From positions 496,001 to 560,000 of the forward strand of contig CP145419.1 of the NCBI GenBank assembly GCA_036867785.1: a stretch of 64,000 nt of DNA, given 5' to 3'. The notes under the pieces are model-generated. The model did no database searches. It saw nothing but the letters and a program-made list of their open reading frames with translations, and was not told the DNA's origin. Both the position numbers and the translations under genes were made by a program. The stretch is from Plasmodiophora brassicae. Its lineage: Eukaryota. How positions within the stretch are numbered: position 1 is the stretch's first letter; every line of letters starts with the position of its first letter. This document shows, in pieces, positions 49,831 to 60,551 of this stretch.

Positions 49831-50336
49831 TGTACGGACCATGAGTACACACAAAGCGTCTAATTTACCACTCGCCGTGGACTCATGGATGTAGCCGCGC
49901 TCATCATGACCCATTGACCCCCGAGCTTCGTCTACCTGTTCAGTCCAGAGATGCCAGCCCGTACACTGCACGTGAACGTAGACGCTGCTATTTGGAACTG
50001 ACGGTACAGAGTACGTACTGTATTGGGCGCTCTGGGCAGGCCGCACACCTGGTCGTCCATGATACGACGTAAGCGCCTACTTCTTGTGGGCCTACTTCTC
50101 GGGCAGCGAGATCGAGCCAGGGAATGCCAGTGGAAACGTAAAGCGGCCCCGAACACATGCTTGTATGCGTCTTCTGGAGCGTGCCGAATCGGAAGGGCAC
50201 ACATCATCTACCTAGCACGTCAGCGCGCCCTACCGCACCGACCTGCACAAGGGTACGCCCGCCGTCAGTGTCATCAGCACATATACCGTATCATGAATCA
50301 GACGAACTCCAGCCTCAGCACACATGTACTTTCCGA

Positions 50337-50435
50337 CGTTGGCACTGCCCTATAACGGATTTCAGTGTCACATGAAGCGGATGCAACCCAGTCTGTGCGT
50401 TGGCACTGTCCTGTATAACGAATTAACGATGTCAC
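50337..50435. repeat. Imperfect direct repeat, two copies of about 36 bp with 61-bp period
   Basis: cgttggcactgccctataacggatttcagtgtcac (50337) versus cgttggcactgtcctgtataacgaattaacgatgtcac (50398). Confidence 0.8.
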
Positions 50436-50685
50436 CCAACCAGTACGCACGGCATGCGGTACGCCCACATCGAATGGGTCCCAAACCCCAATGCACTTAA
50501 CTCGACTGCGCCTCAGGTGCCACCGAAGGTAATAATGAGAAGCGCCAGCAAATATGCACTTCCAAATTCGCTGCGCCCCAGTTCCGTGGCTCCAGAGTCC
50601 AGCCCCAGACTTCTAAATCTGGCAAGGACCCCGGCGAACTGCCCCACCCTCGATCATTGTCACTGACAGGTCGCTTCGCTTCGTT

Positions 50686-51483
50686 ATGGCCAGCATGTTG
50701 CTTGTGCAGGTTGCGATCGCCGCGGCCGTGGTTGGCACTGCTGCAGTGGTGCTCGCAGCACCTGGTCCATTCGACAAGGACGGGTGCGTTACGAAGTTCT
50801 CCGAGAGAGTCCCGTTGGTCGGTTTGCTGGCATCATGTGTGCATGCATGCGCTGGCAACCATGAGCACGCCAAGCGCGCTGCCATCAAGAACGTGAACAG
50901 CTGCATCGAGACGGCTTGCACGTTAGGAGGTGGAGCGGCAGGGTTTGTATGCGGTGGCCCACCAGGAATGGTTGCTGGAGCGGCGGCGGGCGGAGCAGCG
51001 GGTGCCACAGCAGGAACCGCACTGGAAGCTTGCTGCGCCAAATACGTCGCCTGCGCTGACGCTGACGACAGCGACTTGGCGAAACACCAGTTCTGCGAAT
51101 ATCTCGCGAATGCTCTTGCAGGAGGTATCGGAGGTGCAGTCGGCGCCAGAGCTGTTGGTCTTGGTGGCGTACTGAAGTCGATGCAAATGCAACGCATGGG
51201 GTATCACGTTCTGGCAAAGGACGGCACGTTAAAGCATGGCGTAGGGTACATATGCGAACAGTACGTCAAAGGGCAGGCCGTCCAGAAAGCCAGCAGAGCA
51301 GGGTCAAAAGCCATTGTGAGATCCCTCCTGGAGTTGACACCGAACAACGTGAACGGCAACGACGACCATCATGATGTGGACGATGATGACGCCGCCGAAC
51401 AAGACGATGAAGAGTGGGATGTGTCGATACAAGTGGAGCAGTGCGTCCGCATGATGATCGACGACTTGAATCAAGCCAAATAG
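50686..51483 (+). CDS. Secreted Cys-rich glycine-zipper protein with acidic tail (candidate effector), intronless
   Basis: Signal-like MASMLLVQVAIAAAVVGTAAVVLA-AP; 12 Cys; GxxxG strings GGGAAGFVCGGPPGMVAGAAAGGAAGATAG and AGGIGGAVGARAVGLGG. Confidence 0.7.
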   Translation: MASMLLVQVAIAAAVVGTAAVVLAAPGPFDKDGCVTKFSERVPLVGLLASCVHACAGNHEHAKRAAIKNVNSCIETACTLGGGAAGFVCGGPPGMVAGAAAGGAAGATAGTALEACCAKYVACADADDSDLAKHQFCEYLANALAGGIGGAVGARAVGLGGVLKSMQMQRMGYHVLAKDGTLKHGVGYICEQYVKGQAVQKASRAGSKAIVRSLLELTPNNVNGNDDHHDVDDDDAAEQDDEEWDVSIQVEQCVRMMIDDLNQAK

Positions 51484-51804
51484 CCGTCTTTGTCGAGAAT
51501 CCCCTCCGAAGGGATGACGCGAAATACAACGCCACCACGTTTCCAGGCCAAATTTGCGCCTGCCCAAACAAACTAAACTTCCAGGTCAACGGCGGAGCAA
51601 GTGCGGCGGGGGAGGATTCGCTGCGCGCCGACCAGCAGACCAGTCCGCCACTGGGCAATGTTGGCCTAAAAATGGGACCCAACGTCCAGGTAGGTACTGG
51701 TCCGGACTGCAATCGCTGCCCAGTCGGCCTTTGCGCAAATCCACGCGGTCAAGTCTTCAAGTATCCCGTGCGACAGCTGGGCTGCCTCATTGGCCATTGC
51801 GCCA

Positions 51805-54800
51805 ATGCGGCCGCTCTGTTTCGCGGCCATCGCCGCGCTGGCGGTGGTGGGTGCGCTCGGCGCCGAGTTCACCGTCGTGTCCGATGTGGAGGTCGTCGCT
51901 GCCGTGCGCGAGGAGATTGGCGGGTCCGTGCAGGAGCACCCGAGCGAGACCCTCTTCATAACCATGTTCGAGACCACGAACGCCCAGCACCAGCTTGTTC
52001 GCATCGATGCGGGGTCGGAGTGCAGGGCGATATACAGGTTAAGCTCCGCTGCGGTTCAGCGCGGCAGTGATAACGCGTTGGCGTTTGAAGGCACCCTAAT
52101 CCCGTTCACGAAGAACGACAGATTGCTTCAGTAAGGACAGAGAGGTAGCAGTTCTGTTGACAATTGCTGAACTGTGGGGTTCGTCTAGTTTTGACATTGG
52201 GGAGCGAGGGCCGGATGTGTTTGTTGAGATCACCTTTGATGACGGTTTCCCCGTCACCGATTTTCTCGAACCGCATGCCGGAGTGTCCCCGTCGTCGTCA
52301 CTGTGCGAACCATGCGTCAAGTTTGCTGCTGACATCCGCCGACTGATACCTGACGTGGCCATGGAAAACTGTCTCGATGAGTCGTCCACGAGAGAATGCG
52401 AACGTATTCAGGAGAACATCCTGCTGTCGTATCGAGGGCAGACGTTGCGAGCCCGGCACCGTCCTGGGCTCGACCAAACGGCTGTGTTGGACTGGGTCAC
52501 CCATATGCCTGATTCACCATTCGCACAATGCGTACAGCGAAAGCTGTGTTCGTCTTCGGCCACCGAAAGTGCAGACTGGTTTGACGACCCCAGTGACATC
52601 ATTGACGTTGATCTTGAAGTGCGTCCCCACTTAACTGCCATTAACGAATTCAAGGGCGTCATGCGACAAGGTCAGTTCGTTTACCAGGGATAAGTAGCAA
52701 CTATATATTGGATTTCTGATGCATTCGCAGGCAACTCGTCTGTAGAGCTGTTTATGCAAGTCTTTGTGGTGCACGACACCGTCATGATCCGTCTGGAAGA
52801 CCCTAACGACGTCAGTATCCGCCAATACGTTCGCGCGACGCAGGTGAGAATGTTGAAGGAGTTCGCACACTATCATCTGACTTAGCCACGCTTCCAGCTC
52901 GAAAGGGGATCCGTCAGTGTGGAACATGGCATGTCGATAACTCTCGATCGAGTCCTGTCTGGCATGAGCTTTCCGCCGAGCATCGCAATCTCACAACCCC
53001 AACGAACAATCGTCGAACAGTTTGAACCTGTTGATATCGACCTGGGGACCTTCGACGAGTTGCCTACGCGTATTGCTGACCGTACGTGTGCGTTTCCCGA
53101 CTCATCCTATCTAAATGACTGATAATCATGGACAGTGCTGGATCCTATCGAAAAGGACGCTGGCGTTTCCGTCCCACAGTACGTCCCTGATATCCACTGT
53201 CAGGCGTGCTTGGGAATGCTGGAAGAAGGGACGCCGGTTCACTGTCCCGTGTATTTCGATAGCGTCTGCAACACCCTCGTACGTTACCACGATCGCAACG
53301 CTGATGCTTCTGCCATTTGCAAGGCGGTCTGGAAGGGCTTGTACCTGGTCGACCTTGCCGATCGGATCCGGCTCGGTTGGAAGCGGTCGGTTGCCATTGA
53401 TAGGTCGGACGTCCTACACCTGCGGGTGTGTCGTTGGGCGCATCAGTGTGTACCTGGGCAGACGTCGCCGCTGGAGAGAATGGAGGTCCTCCGAGAAATC
53501 GGCGACTTGGACCTGCAACAAGCGTTGGACATTCCCGTTGAACAGACAGACCGGCGATTTGGTATTCGCCTCGCGTCCAGCGTCAACGGAGACGGACGCA
53601 GCGTGCCTGAACAGTTTCTGGACCAGCTCATGTCCCTGCTAGATGATGGCGACAGCAGTGATCTACTTAGGGAGCCATTCAAGATCGATATTGAGGGAGA
53701 TGCCGCCGTCGATGAAGGCGGTACGAATCGTCACGTGTCACTTAAGTTGGCTTCTAATTGTTATACCGTAACAGGTCTGCTGCCTGACATTGTATCTGGC
53801 GCATGCGACGTGCTATTCAGTCGTGAGTACGAACGGCTTCAACACTTTGTCCGCGACACGAAGTCGGACGGCATCTTCGTTCCGTCGTCTGCATCCCTGT
53901 CCTTGGTGTCCAGCTCGCAACGTTCGTCTATGAAGCGGTGGCTGATTCAGGTTGGCATGCTTCTCGGCCTATCGTACCGAAGCTTCGCTCATGATGACTA
54001 TCGCGCTGTGCCGTTGCCTCTGAATATTGATCTTCCGCTGGTCACACTGCAATCCTTGCTGTCCCACAGCTCTGCCTCGGTTGGGCGAGACGACATCGTC
54101 GTGCCTGCCACGTTATGGAACGCTGTTTTCGCTCCGCTTCTCCAGTCTTCATGTCGCTCAATCGCCCAGTACCGCGAGAACATTCTCGCATTCGACAACG
54201 GCCTCGATGATACCGACATTGTGACTCCTTTACCAGTCATGGGTTATGAGCCGTTCCTTGTCAGCAAGAAGCGAAGACGGGACGCTAACCGGGACCTTAC
54301 CTGGCCAGAAATCGTTGCAGAGTACGCCAAGGAAGTGTCGAAGGAGCTTCTGCGAACTTCTTGGGCCTTCAAGGTATTTTATGATCCAACCGGGGTGCGT
54401 GTGCTGGCTGACGTAGAATCCTCTAATCGATATTCCAGGCTCTTCGACGTGCGTTTAGAAGCGTGCTTCCGGATGACATGCTGTATCAGGAGGCTCCTCC
54501 CGAAGTGGTGTCCGAGACCCATCGTCTCATGTTCGCGCCACGACTGGTATCGTGGAAGGACCTGGCGTCTTTGCTGGATCCAGCACCTGCCAAGGACGGC
54601 TTCCCGGATGTCAGTATTCTCAAGAGCGCTGTTACGTCTCTCAGCACTGTACTACAAAGGCATGATCGTTCCCCTCTGCTTGCGAAGCTTCTGTGGTTCG
54701 TCACCGGATCCCCTCGTCTTCAACATCAAGGTTGGGTACCTATGCATGCCTCCCCAGTTCAGCGTATCTCATTGGGTCTGTCCTTGACAGAGCGGATATC

Positions 54801-54963
54801 GGTAACTGTTAATTCCATCAACCCGGATCTCCTGCCACGCGCGTCGACATGCTCGAAGACCCTGGAAGTTCCATTACCATGCGCCACCGACGCTGATTTG
54901 CTTGAAAGCCGCCTTCTCCTGGTACTCGAGCATTTCAGACCCGGCCACTACCACAACGTGTAA
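51805..54963 (+). CDS. Signal peptide + saposin-like Cys domains + C-terminal HECT E3 ubiquitin ligase domain; 9 inferred exons (8 introns)
   Basis: MRPLCFAAIAALAVVGALG-AEF. Introns 52038-52090, 52145-52188, 52671-52730, about 52843-52897, about 53082-53135, 53721-53774, about 54374-54438 and about 54731-54790 give one open frame. HECT motifs: F.I.IEGDAAVDEGGL, VGMLLGLS, LLWFVTGSPRL, LPRASTCSKTLEVP. Confidence 0.8.
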
Positions 54964-55068
54964 CCGCGCCCTGGGATTACTCATCGTCCAATACAGCCAT
55001 GTGATTGCCCTGCAGATCGTGACACAAACAAAGGTGCTCAGGAACGACTGGGTTTTATCGATGTGCGG

Positions 55069-55479
55069 TCACTCGATGGTAATGTAGTCCGAGCTCTTGG
55101 TCTCGTCCTGCTTAGGAATGTTCACCAGGAGCAGGCCGTTCTCATGTTTGGCAGTGACCTTGTCCGCATTGATGTTCTTCGGAAGACGGATCGAACGCGA
55201 CGTCTGCCCGTAGGTGCGTTCAGAAAAGTGGACGTGCTCCTTCTCCTCCACTCTCTCTTCCTGACGTTCCGCGGACACGGTCAGGACGCCGTTCTCGATT
55301 TTCAGCTTGATGTCATCCTTGGACGACCCGGGCGTTTCGACCGTCAACGCATACGCATTGTCGGTCTCCTTGAACTCCATCTTGAGCACCGGGGCCTGTA
55401 CCGTCTCGCGCTGCCGCGACACCAGGCGGCGCTCGAGCGGTGTCGGCTCGAAGAACGACTCCCACAGCTGCAGGGACAT
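55069..55479 (-). CDS. HSP20: Small heat-shock protein (HSP20/alpha-crystallin domain), intronless
   Basis: KETDNAY..TVETPGSSKDDIKL.IENGVLTVSAER, ERTYGQTSRSIRLP, AKHENGLL.V.IPK. Confidence 0.95.
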   Translation of the reverse strand: MSLQLWESFFEPTPLERRLVSRQRETVQAPVLKMEFKETDNAYALTVETPGSSKDDIKLKIENGVLTVSAERQEERVEEKEHVHFSERTYGQTSRSIRLPKNINADKVTAKHENGLLLVNIPKQDETKSSDYITIE

Positions 55480-55519
55480 GTGTTGATGCTGCTCACTTGA
55501 TCTGACAATCACTCGACGA

Positions 55520-55626
55520 TTTCCTGAATGACCTGCCGCTGCGATGAGCGAGCCGCACAAAAAGGCATGCATGAATCGCAAGAACATTCCTGACCGCGTG
55601 AGTCCGTACATGCGTAGGAATGTTCC
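55520..55626. promoter_or_regulatory. Heat-shock elements in the bidirectional promoter between the two HSP20 genes
   Basis: nTTCnnGAAn at 55520-55529; nGAAnnTTCn at 55581-55590 (AGAACATTCC) and 55617-55626 (GGAATGTTCC). Confidence 0.65.
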
Positions 55627-55732
55627 AACCGAAGAACGTGTGCGACCGGCGTCACAGTCCGCCTCATCATTCATCAAATACGTGGCGCGCATTTTCGGGT
55701 AGTTGAGCGAAGCTCGAAAGGAGACAGACGAC

Positions 55733-56196
55733 ATGTCGTTGCAGCTGTTCGAGTTCCTGCAGCCGGGCGACGTTGAGCGACGCCTGCACCAGCGTGAACT
55801 GGCGGCACCCGTGCTGAACATGGAGCTGAAGGAGACGGATGATGTGTACTCGCTGGTTGTCGATGCACCCGGCGTCCCGAAAGAAGACATTAAGCTGAAC
55901 TTTGAGAACGGCGTGCTTTCGGTGTCCGTCGAGCACAAGGAGGAGCACGTTCAACGCGACGAGAAGGTACGCACAGGGGGGGGGGGCCTTGAAATCCACC
56001 GTTAGACACTCAGCTGACTCGCACGGCATCGCAGGTCCACTTCACCGAGCGTTCCTACGGCCATTCGTCGCGTGCGATCCGCCTGCCGAAGAGCATCGCG
56101 GCGGACAAGATCACTGCCAAGCACGCGAACGGTGTCCTGACAGTCACCGTCCCGAAGCAGGACCAGTCCCGCACGAAATACATCCAGATCCAGTAG
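55733..56196 (+). CDS. HSP20: Small heat-shock protein (HSP20) paralog; intron 55967-56034
   Basis: MSLQLFEFL.., KETDDVYSLVVDAPGVPKEDIKLNFENGVL, VHFTERSYGHSSRAIRLPK, AKHANGVLTVTVPK. Confidence 0.95.
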
Positions 56197-56375
56197 GTGA
56201 ATACAAATTCTCCGGCACGCCGCATTCATTTCGGATGGCGTCCTGTTGTCGAACCCGGCCGGGTGGCGTCGCGGTCTGACGACGGGTGTCGCCCGCCAAC
56301 AGCTGCAAGTCGCTCGAAATTTTGGCCATTGCTGAAATTGGGCTGCAGTGTGCGCTGCGGCAGTCGACGACGGCG

Positions 56376-57752
56376 ATGTCGGGTCGGCGTCGGATCACGC
56401 AGGCGACGTTCGACGAGGTGGTTGCCGAGAACGTGGAGGACCTGGGCATGGGCCGCGACGAGGCGATCGCGGACGCGCGGGCGCAGTTCGAGGCGCAGGG
56501 CGTCGACCTGTCCAATATCGTCGACGACTGCGACGGCCCCGGTCGGCGCGTCCTCGCGCTGGTACATCGGTTGAATGCTGCGCTGGACGAGTCCAGTGAA
56601 TCGGAGATGGGCGCCGTTCTCGAATCGTTGAAGGCGGAGTGCACGGACCCGGTCGCGTTCGATCTCGCCGCTGGAGAAGGCCTTGTCGGCGCCGCAGCGG
56701 CCATCGCTCAACGATTCAAGAACAACGCTGATCTAGTGGCCACGTCGCTGTCCATCCTCAAGATGCTGATGTCGTCAGCGAACGCCAAGGCCATGCTACC
56801 CGAGCAAGGCGCCAAAGCGCTGATGGAATGTATCAGCGGGAATGTTGACGACATCGATGTTCAGCGTCTTGGATTGACGCTGGTGGGCACAACGATGGCT
56901 GGGCATGAACCACACAAGATCGCGTTCCACGATGCGGGTTTGACGCCGCACCTTCGTATCGCTCTCGAGCGTCACCAGGGCGATCCCGCTGCCTTCAGCG
57001 CTGCTTGTCGCGCGATACAACGCTACGTATCGGATGACGATAGGCGTCCTGGGGTCCATCCGCACACCTTCGGGCGTGCTCGGGAGCTGGCAGAAGGCGA
57101 CCATGCCGTCCTACCGATACTGTTCGTCGCTTTGCGCGAGCAGCTGAATCGCCCAGAACAGGTGGCGACGATCTGCGCAACGATGAAGACGCTGGCGGTG
57201 ACTGACGCCATCTGCGGGGCTCTTTCAGAACAAGTTCTCGATCTGCTGGTCCAGGCCATGAACATGTACCCGCAAGACGAACGCATCGCACGCCATGCCT
57301 TTGCCATGATTAAGCTTTTGTCGCGGAACGACTCGGTCAAGGTTGAGATCTGTAACAGCGCCTGTTTGGCTTCATTGTTAACGTTGATGGGCGTTCACGG
57401 CTCCAACGACAAAGTCGCCGTCCAGGGTCTGGGCGTCCTGCACTCCATATCGCTGCGCCAGCCCGATCTATGCCTGAAGTTGGCCGATTCGGGCGTTATC
57501 CAGCTAGTGACATCGGCAATGCGGCGACATGCCGGCAACGTTGCTGTCCAACGATCCGCAATCGGCACGCTTCGAAACCTGGTCAGTAATCACCGAACAA
57601 AGTCGCTGATCCCCCTCATCCTCGATGACGACGCCGAATCGCTTATCCGCCGTGCGCATGCATCGCACGAAAAGTGTCGGGACGTCGCGTTCGCTGCTCT
57701 ACGGGACCTCGGCTTGCCCTATGAAGCCTTCTGGGAAGGGTCCGATAAATAG
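56376..57752 (+). CDS. ARMC6: Armadillo repeat-containing protein 6, intronless
   Basis: RITQATFDEVVAENVEDLGM..DEAIADA..QFEAQGVDLSNIV N-terminus; DDDRR; ARM repeats; AFAALRDLG C-terminus. Confidence 0.9.
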   Translation: MSGRRRITQATFDEVVAENVEDLGMGRDEAIADARAQFEAQGVDLSNIVDDCDGPGRRVLALVHRLNAALDESSESEMGAVLESLKAECTDPVAFDLAAGEGLVGAAAAIAQRFKNNADLVATSLSILKMLMSSANAKAMLPEQGAKALMECISGNVDDIDVQRLGLTLVGTTMAGHEPHKIAFHDAGLTPHLRIALERHQGDPAAFSAACRAIQRYVSDDDRRPGVHPHTFGRARELAEGDHAVLPILFVALREQLNRPEQVATICATMKTLAVTDAICGALSEQVLDLLVQAMNMYPQDERIARHAFAMIKLLSRNDSVKVEICNSACLASLLTLMGVHGSNDKVAVQGLGVLHSISLRQPDLCLKLADSGVIQLVTSAMRRHAGNVAVQRSAIGTLRNLVSNHRTKSLIPLILDDDAESLIRRAHASHEKCRDVAFAALRDLGLPYEAFWEGSDK

Positions 57753-58000
57753 ACGTGACGCCCAGCATCGTTCTGCAGGCAGTTTCATGCCACGAAGCGC
57801 ACGCATCAGATGCTTGTTAGATGCCATCGACGTTTCATATGTTGTTATGGACGTCACTCGTACTGCACGTGGCAGGTTATCCGAGATGTGTTCCGTCGCC
57901 AGAAATAGAAATGCCCGAGGGTCACGAAAACACGCACTTTTCCAGGGAATTCGATTTCCAAACGCGAACTCACAGCCTGCGCGGTATCGCTGTACCGACA

Positions 58001-59695
58001 ATGATTTATGGAACGCCGACCTCCTGCTGCGGCATCATCTTGCTGTTATCCGTCGTTAGCACTACAGCGGGCGACGGTTCCGATCGGGACACGACCGACT
58101 GGGTGGCAGTGTCGACGCCGACCGAGTCGCGGTCGATCTCGCTGGGCCATGCTCCACCTCATGAGCGCTCGTCCTGGCAGCGTTTGACCGAGTCGAACAA
58201 GGACGAGGAAGAGATCACCACCGACGAGATGATGAAATCTCCAAAACTGTTCAGTCCCGTCGTCCGCCTGCTCACTGCGGTCGCCTGCGTCGAGGGACTG
58301 TACCGAGCGTTCGTCATGCCCATCTTCCCGATTCATCTGACGCAGCACGGCTACACACCGATGGAGATCGCCGTCCTGCTCTCCGTTTTCCCGTTCGCTG
58401 GGGTCATCACGTATGTTCCAGAATGTTGTCCTGGAACGAAGCGTACAAGCACTGACCACATTACGAACACGCAGGTCGATGCTACTGGCAAAGTTCATGA
58501 CATCGCTGCGGGCCCGACGCCGCGCTATTCAGATTTCCCTAATCACCCAGGCCACCCTCGCCGTACTCATCGGCGTCATCTTTCGCTCGAAAGCCGCATT
58601 GTTCATCGTGTATGCCATGCTTGGTAAGCGGCGTGACGCATGTTGACGATATTCTCTGACACGAGCAATTAGGCGTGATGACGCAGGTGAACATGAACGT
58701 GGCCCTGGCCATCATATCGCAGGTGTTCACCGGGGACGAAACCGTGAACGTTTGTGGGATCTACCGAGGCGCGATGGCCATTGGCATTCTCGTACGTGCT
58801 CGTCAATGTGTAAGGATACCCTGGCGTGATGGTTTGATTCTCCTAGTTGGGCCCGGGCCTGAGCGGGTTCATGTATGATCAAGGCGGGTTCGTTCTGCCC
58901 TTTGCTGTCCTGGGTGGGATTACATCTCTGGCCTGGCTGCTGTCCTTGATGCCGATAAAGCAGCTCCAGGACGAGATCGACAAACGTATCGAAGACGGTC
59001 CGGTTCCTAGCGGCCCGGTCGAGTGCCGCACGTTGGTCCAACGTGTTCTGTTCGCTCTGAACGTATTCATGGCCGAGTTTGCCATGTCCGGCTCGTACCC
59101 GACGCTGTCCCCGTTCCTGGAGCGGACCCTCGGCCTGTCGTCCTCTTACCAGGGGCTTCTGATCACCGGCAACGCCGCCGCGTTCCTAATTGGGGCAATA
59201 CTGTCCACGAAAGTGAATCGAAAGTTCGGCGCACGTGCGGTCAGCGTCGTTGGCATCGTGGCCCTCGCTATTCGTACGCTGATTGTGTCGCCGGTCCCCG
59301 ACTGGGTCCAGTCCCCGTACAACAGCCCGTTGCGCCTGGCCATGGCGATTGTCTCGATTGTTGTCCTCTGCGGATGCCAGGCGCCATGGGTCGTCGTCCA
59401 GCATCCGTACCTGAGCGACGCGTTCGGCATCATGAAGGATAACACCGCAGCAGATGAAAAACGAATGGGATACGTCGCCGCCGTCTTCTCAGGCATGATG
59501 GGCGCCGCTGACACAGTCGGACCAGTCACGGCTCAGGCCATCGTCGACCAAAGCGGCTTTTCGACGTTGTGTGTCGCATCGACTATACTCATGCTCGCAT
59601 GGGCGCTTATCGTCCTGCTCACATTCCCGAACCGTGTTCGAGATTCCATTCCCCCCAGACGCCAACAGGTTGATCAGGTGCCTCATGAAGCCTGA
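58001..59695 (+). CDS. Major facilitator superfamily transporter (SLC18B1/DHA1-like), multi-exon; start uncertain
   Basis: AFVMPIFPIHL, GPGLSGFMYDQGGFVLPF, YPTLSPFLERTLGLS, KVNRKFGAR, GAADTVGPV; multiple TM segments. Confidence 0.8.
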
Positions 59696-59946
59696 TCGCG
59701 CTCAATCAGCGACCGCGTCGCAGACGGGCGAACCCGAAGCGCATCGTCCGTGTCCGTAATAATGTACCATAGGCTCAACGATCATCCGAAGCGGGTTGCA
59801 CGTGTGCCTTACGAAGCGTACCGATAGATTCGGCGAGATTCGACTCGCGGCTCATATTAGGGCACTATACATATACGACGCCACGGACTGCGTGGCGGGT
59901 TTGTCGTGTCCGGGTCCAGACGTTGCGTGGCCCGAGGTTGCTCACG

Positions 59947-60408
59947 ATGGCGCTGATCGTCGAGAAGGAGGACTTCCAGCACATTCTGCGTATCCTGAAC
60001 ACGAATGTGTCGGGACGCGACAAGATCATGTACGCCCTGACGAAGATCAAGGGTGTCGGTCGTCGTTTGTCGAACCTGGCCTGCAAGAAGGCCGAGATCG
60101 ACCTGAACAAGAGGGCTGGCGAGCTGACCGAGGAGGAAATCGACCAGATCCGTGCCGTCCTGGCCAACCCGACGCAGTTCGACGTCCCGACATGGTTCGT
60201 TAACCGTACGAAGGACCGTCTGACCGGCAAGGACATGCACCTTGTCTGCAACCACCTCGACGCCAAGCTTCGTGAGGATCTTGAGCGTCTGAAGAAGATC
60301 CGTGCCCACCGTGGGTACCGCCACTACTGGCGCCTTAAGGTTCGTGGCCAGCACACCAAGACCACCGGCCGTCGTGGTCGCACTGTTGGTGTCGCTGGCA
60401 AGAAATAG
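59947..60408 (+). CDS. RPS18: 40S ribosomal protein S18 (uS13), intronless
   Basis: [75 protein letters not shown]. Confidence 0.98.
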   Translation: MALIVEKEDFQHILRILNTNVSGRDKIMYALTKIKGVGRRLSNLACKKAEIDLNKRAGELTEEEIDQIRAVLANPTQFDVPTWFVNRTKDRLTGKDMHLVCNHLDAKLREDLERLKKIRAHRGYRHYWRLKVRGQHTKTTGRRGRTVGVAGKK

Positions 60409-60551
60409 ACGACGTCTGCCTGTTGCCACATCTGACGATCGATCTTACCAGTATAAATTCCAATGGTTTCTCAATCCCCGCACAGTGTGCCGAACAATTC
60501 AACATACTTAGGTGTAGTAACAACGAGACAGGCGGCGAGCCCAGAACCGTA

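Noticed and set aside
55480-55938. 289-aa ORF apparently fusing extra sequence to the minus-strand HSP20
   Set aside because: It is the antisense of the plus-strand HSP20 plus the promoter; the true start is MSLQLW at 55479.
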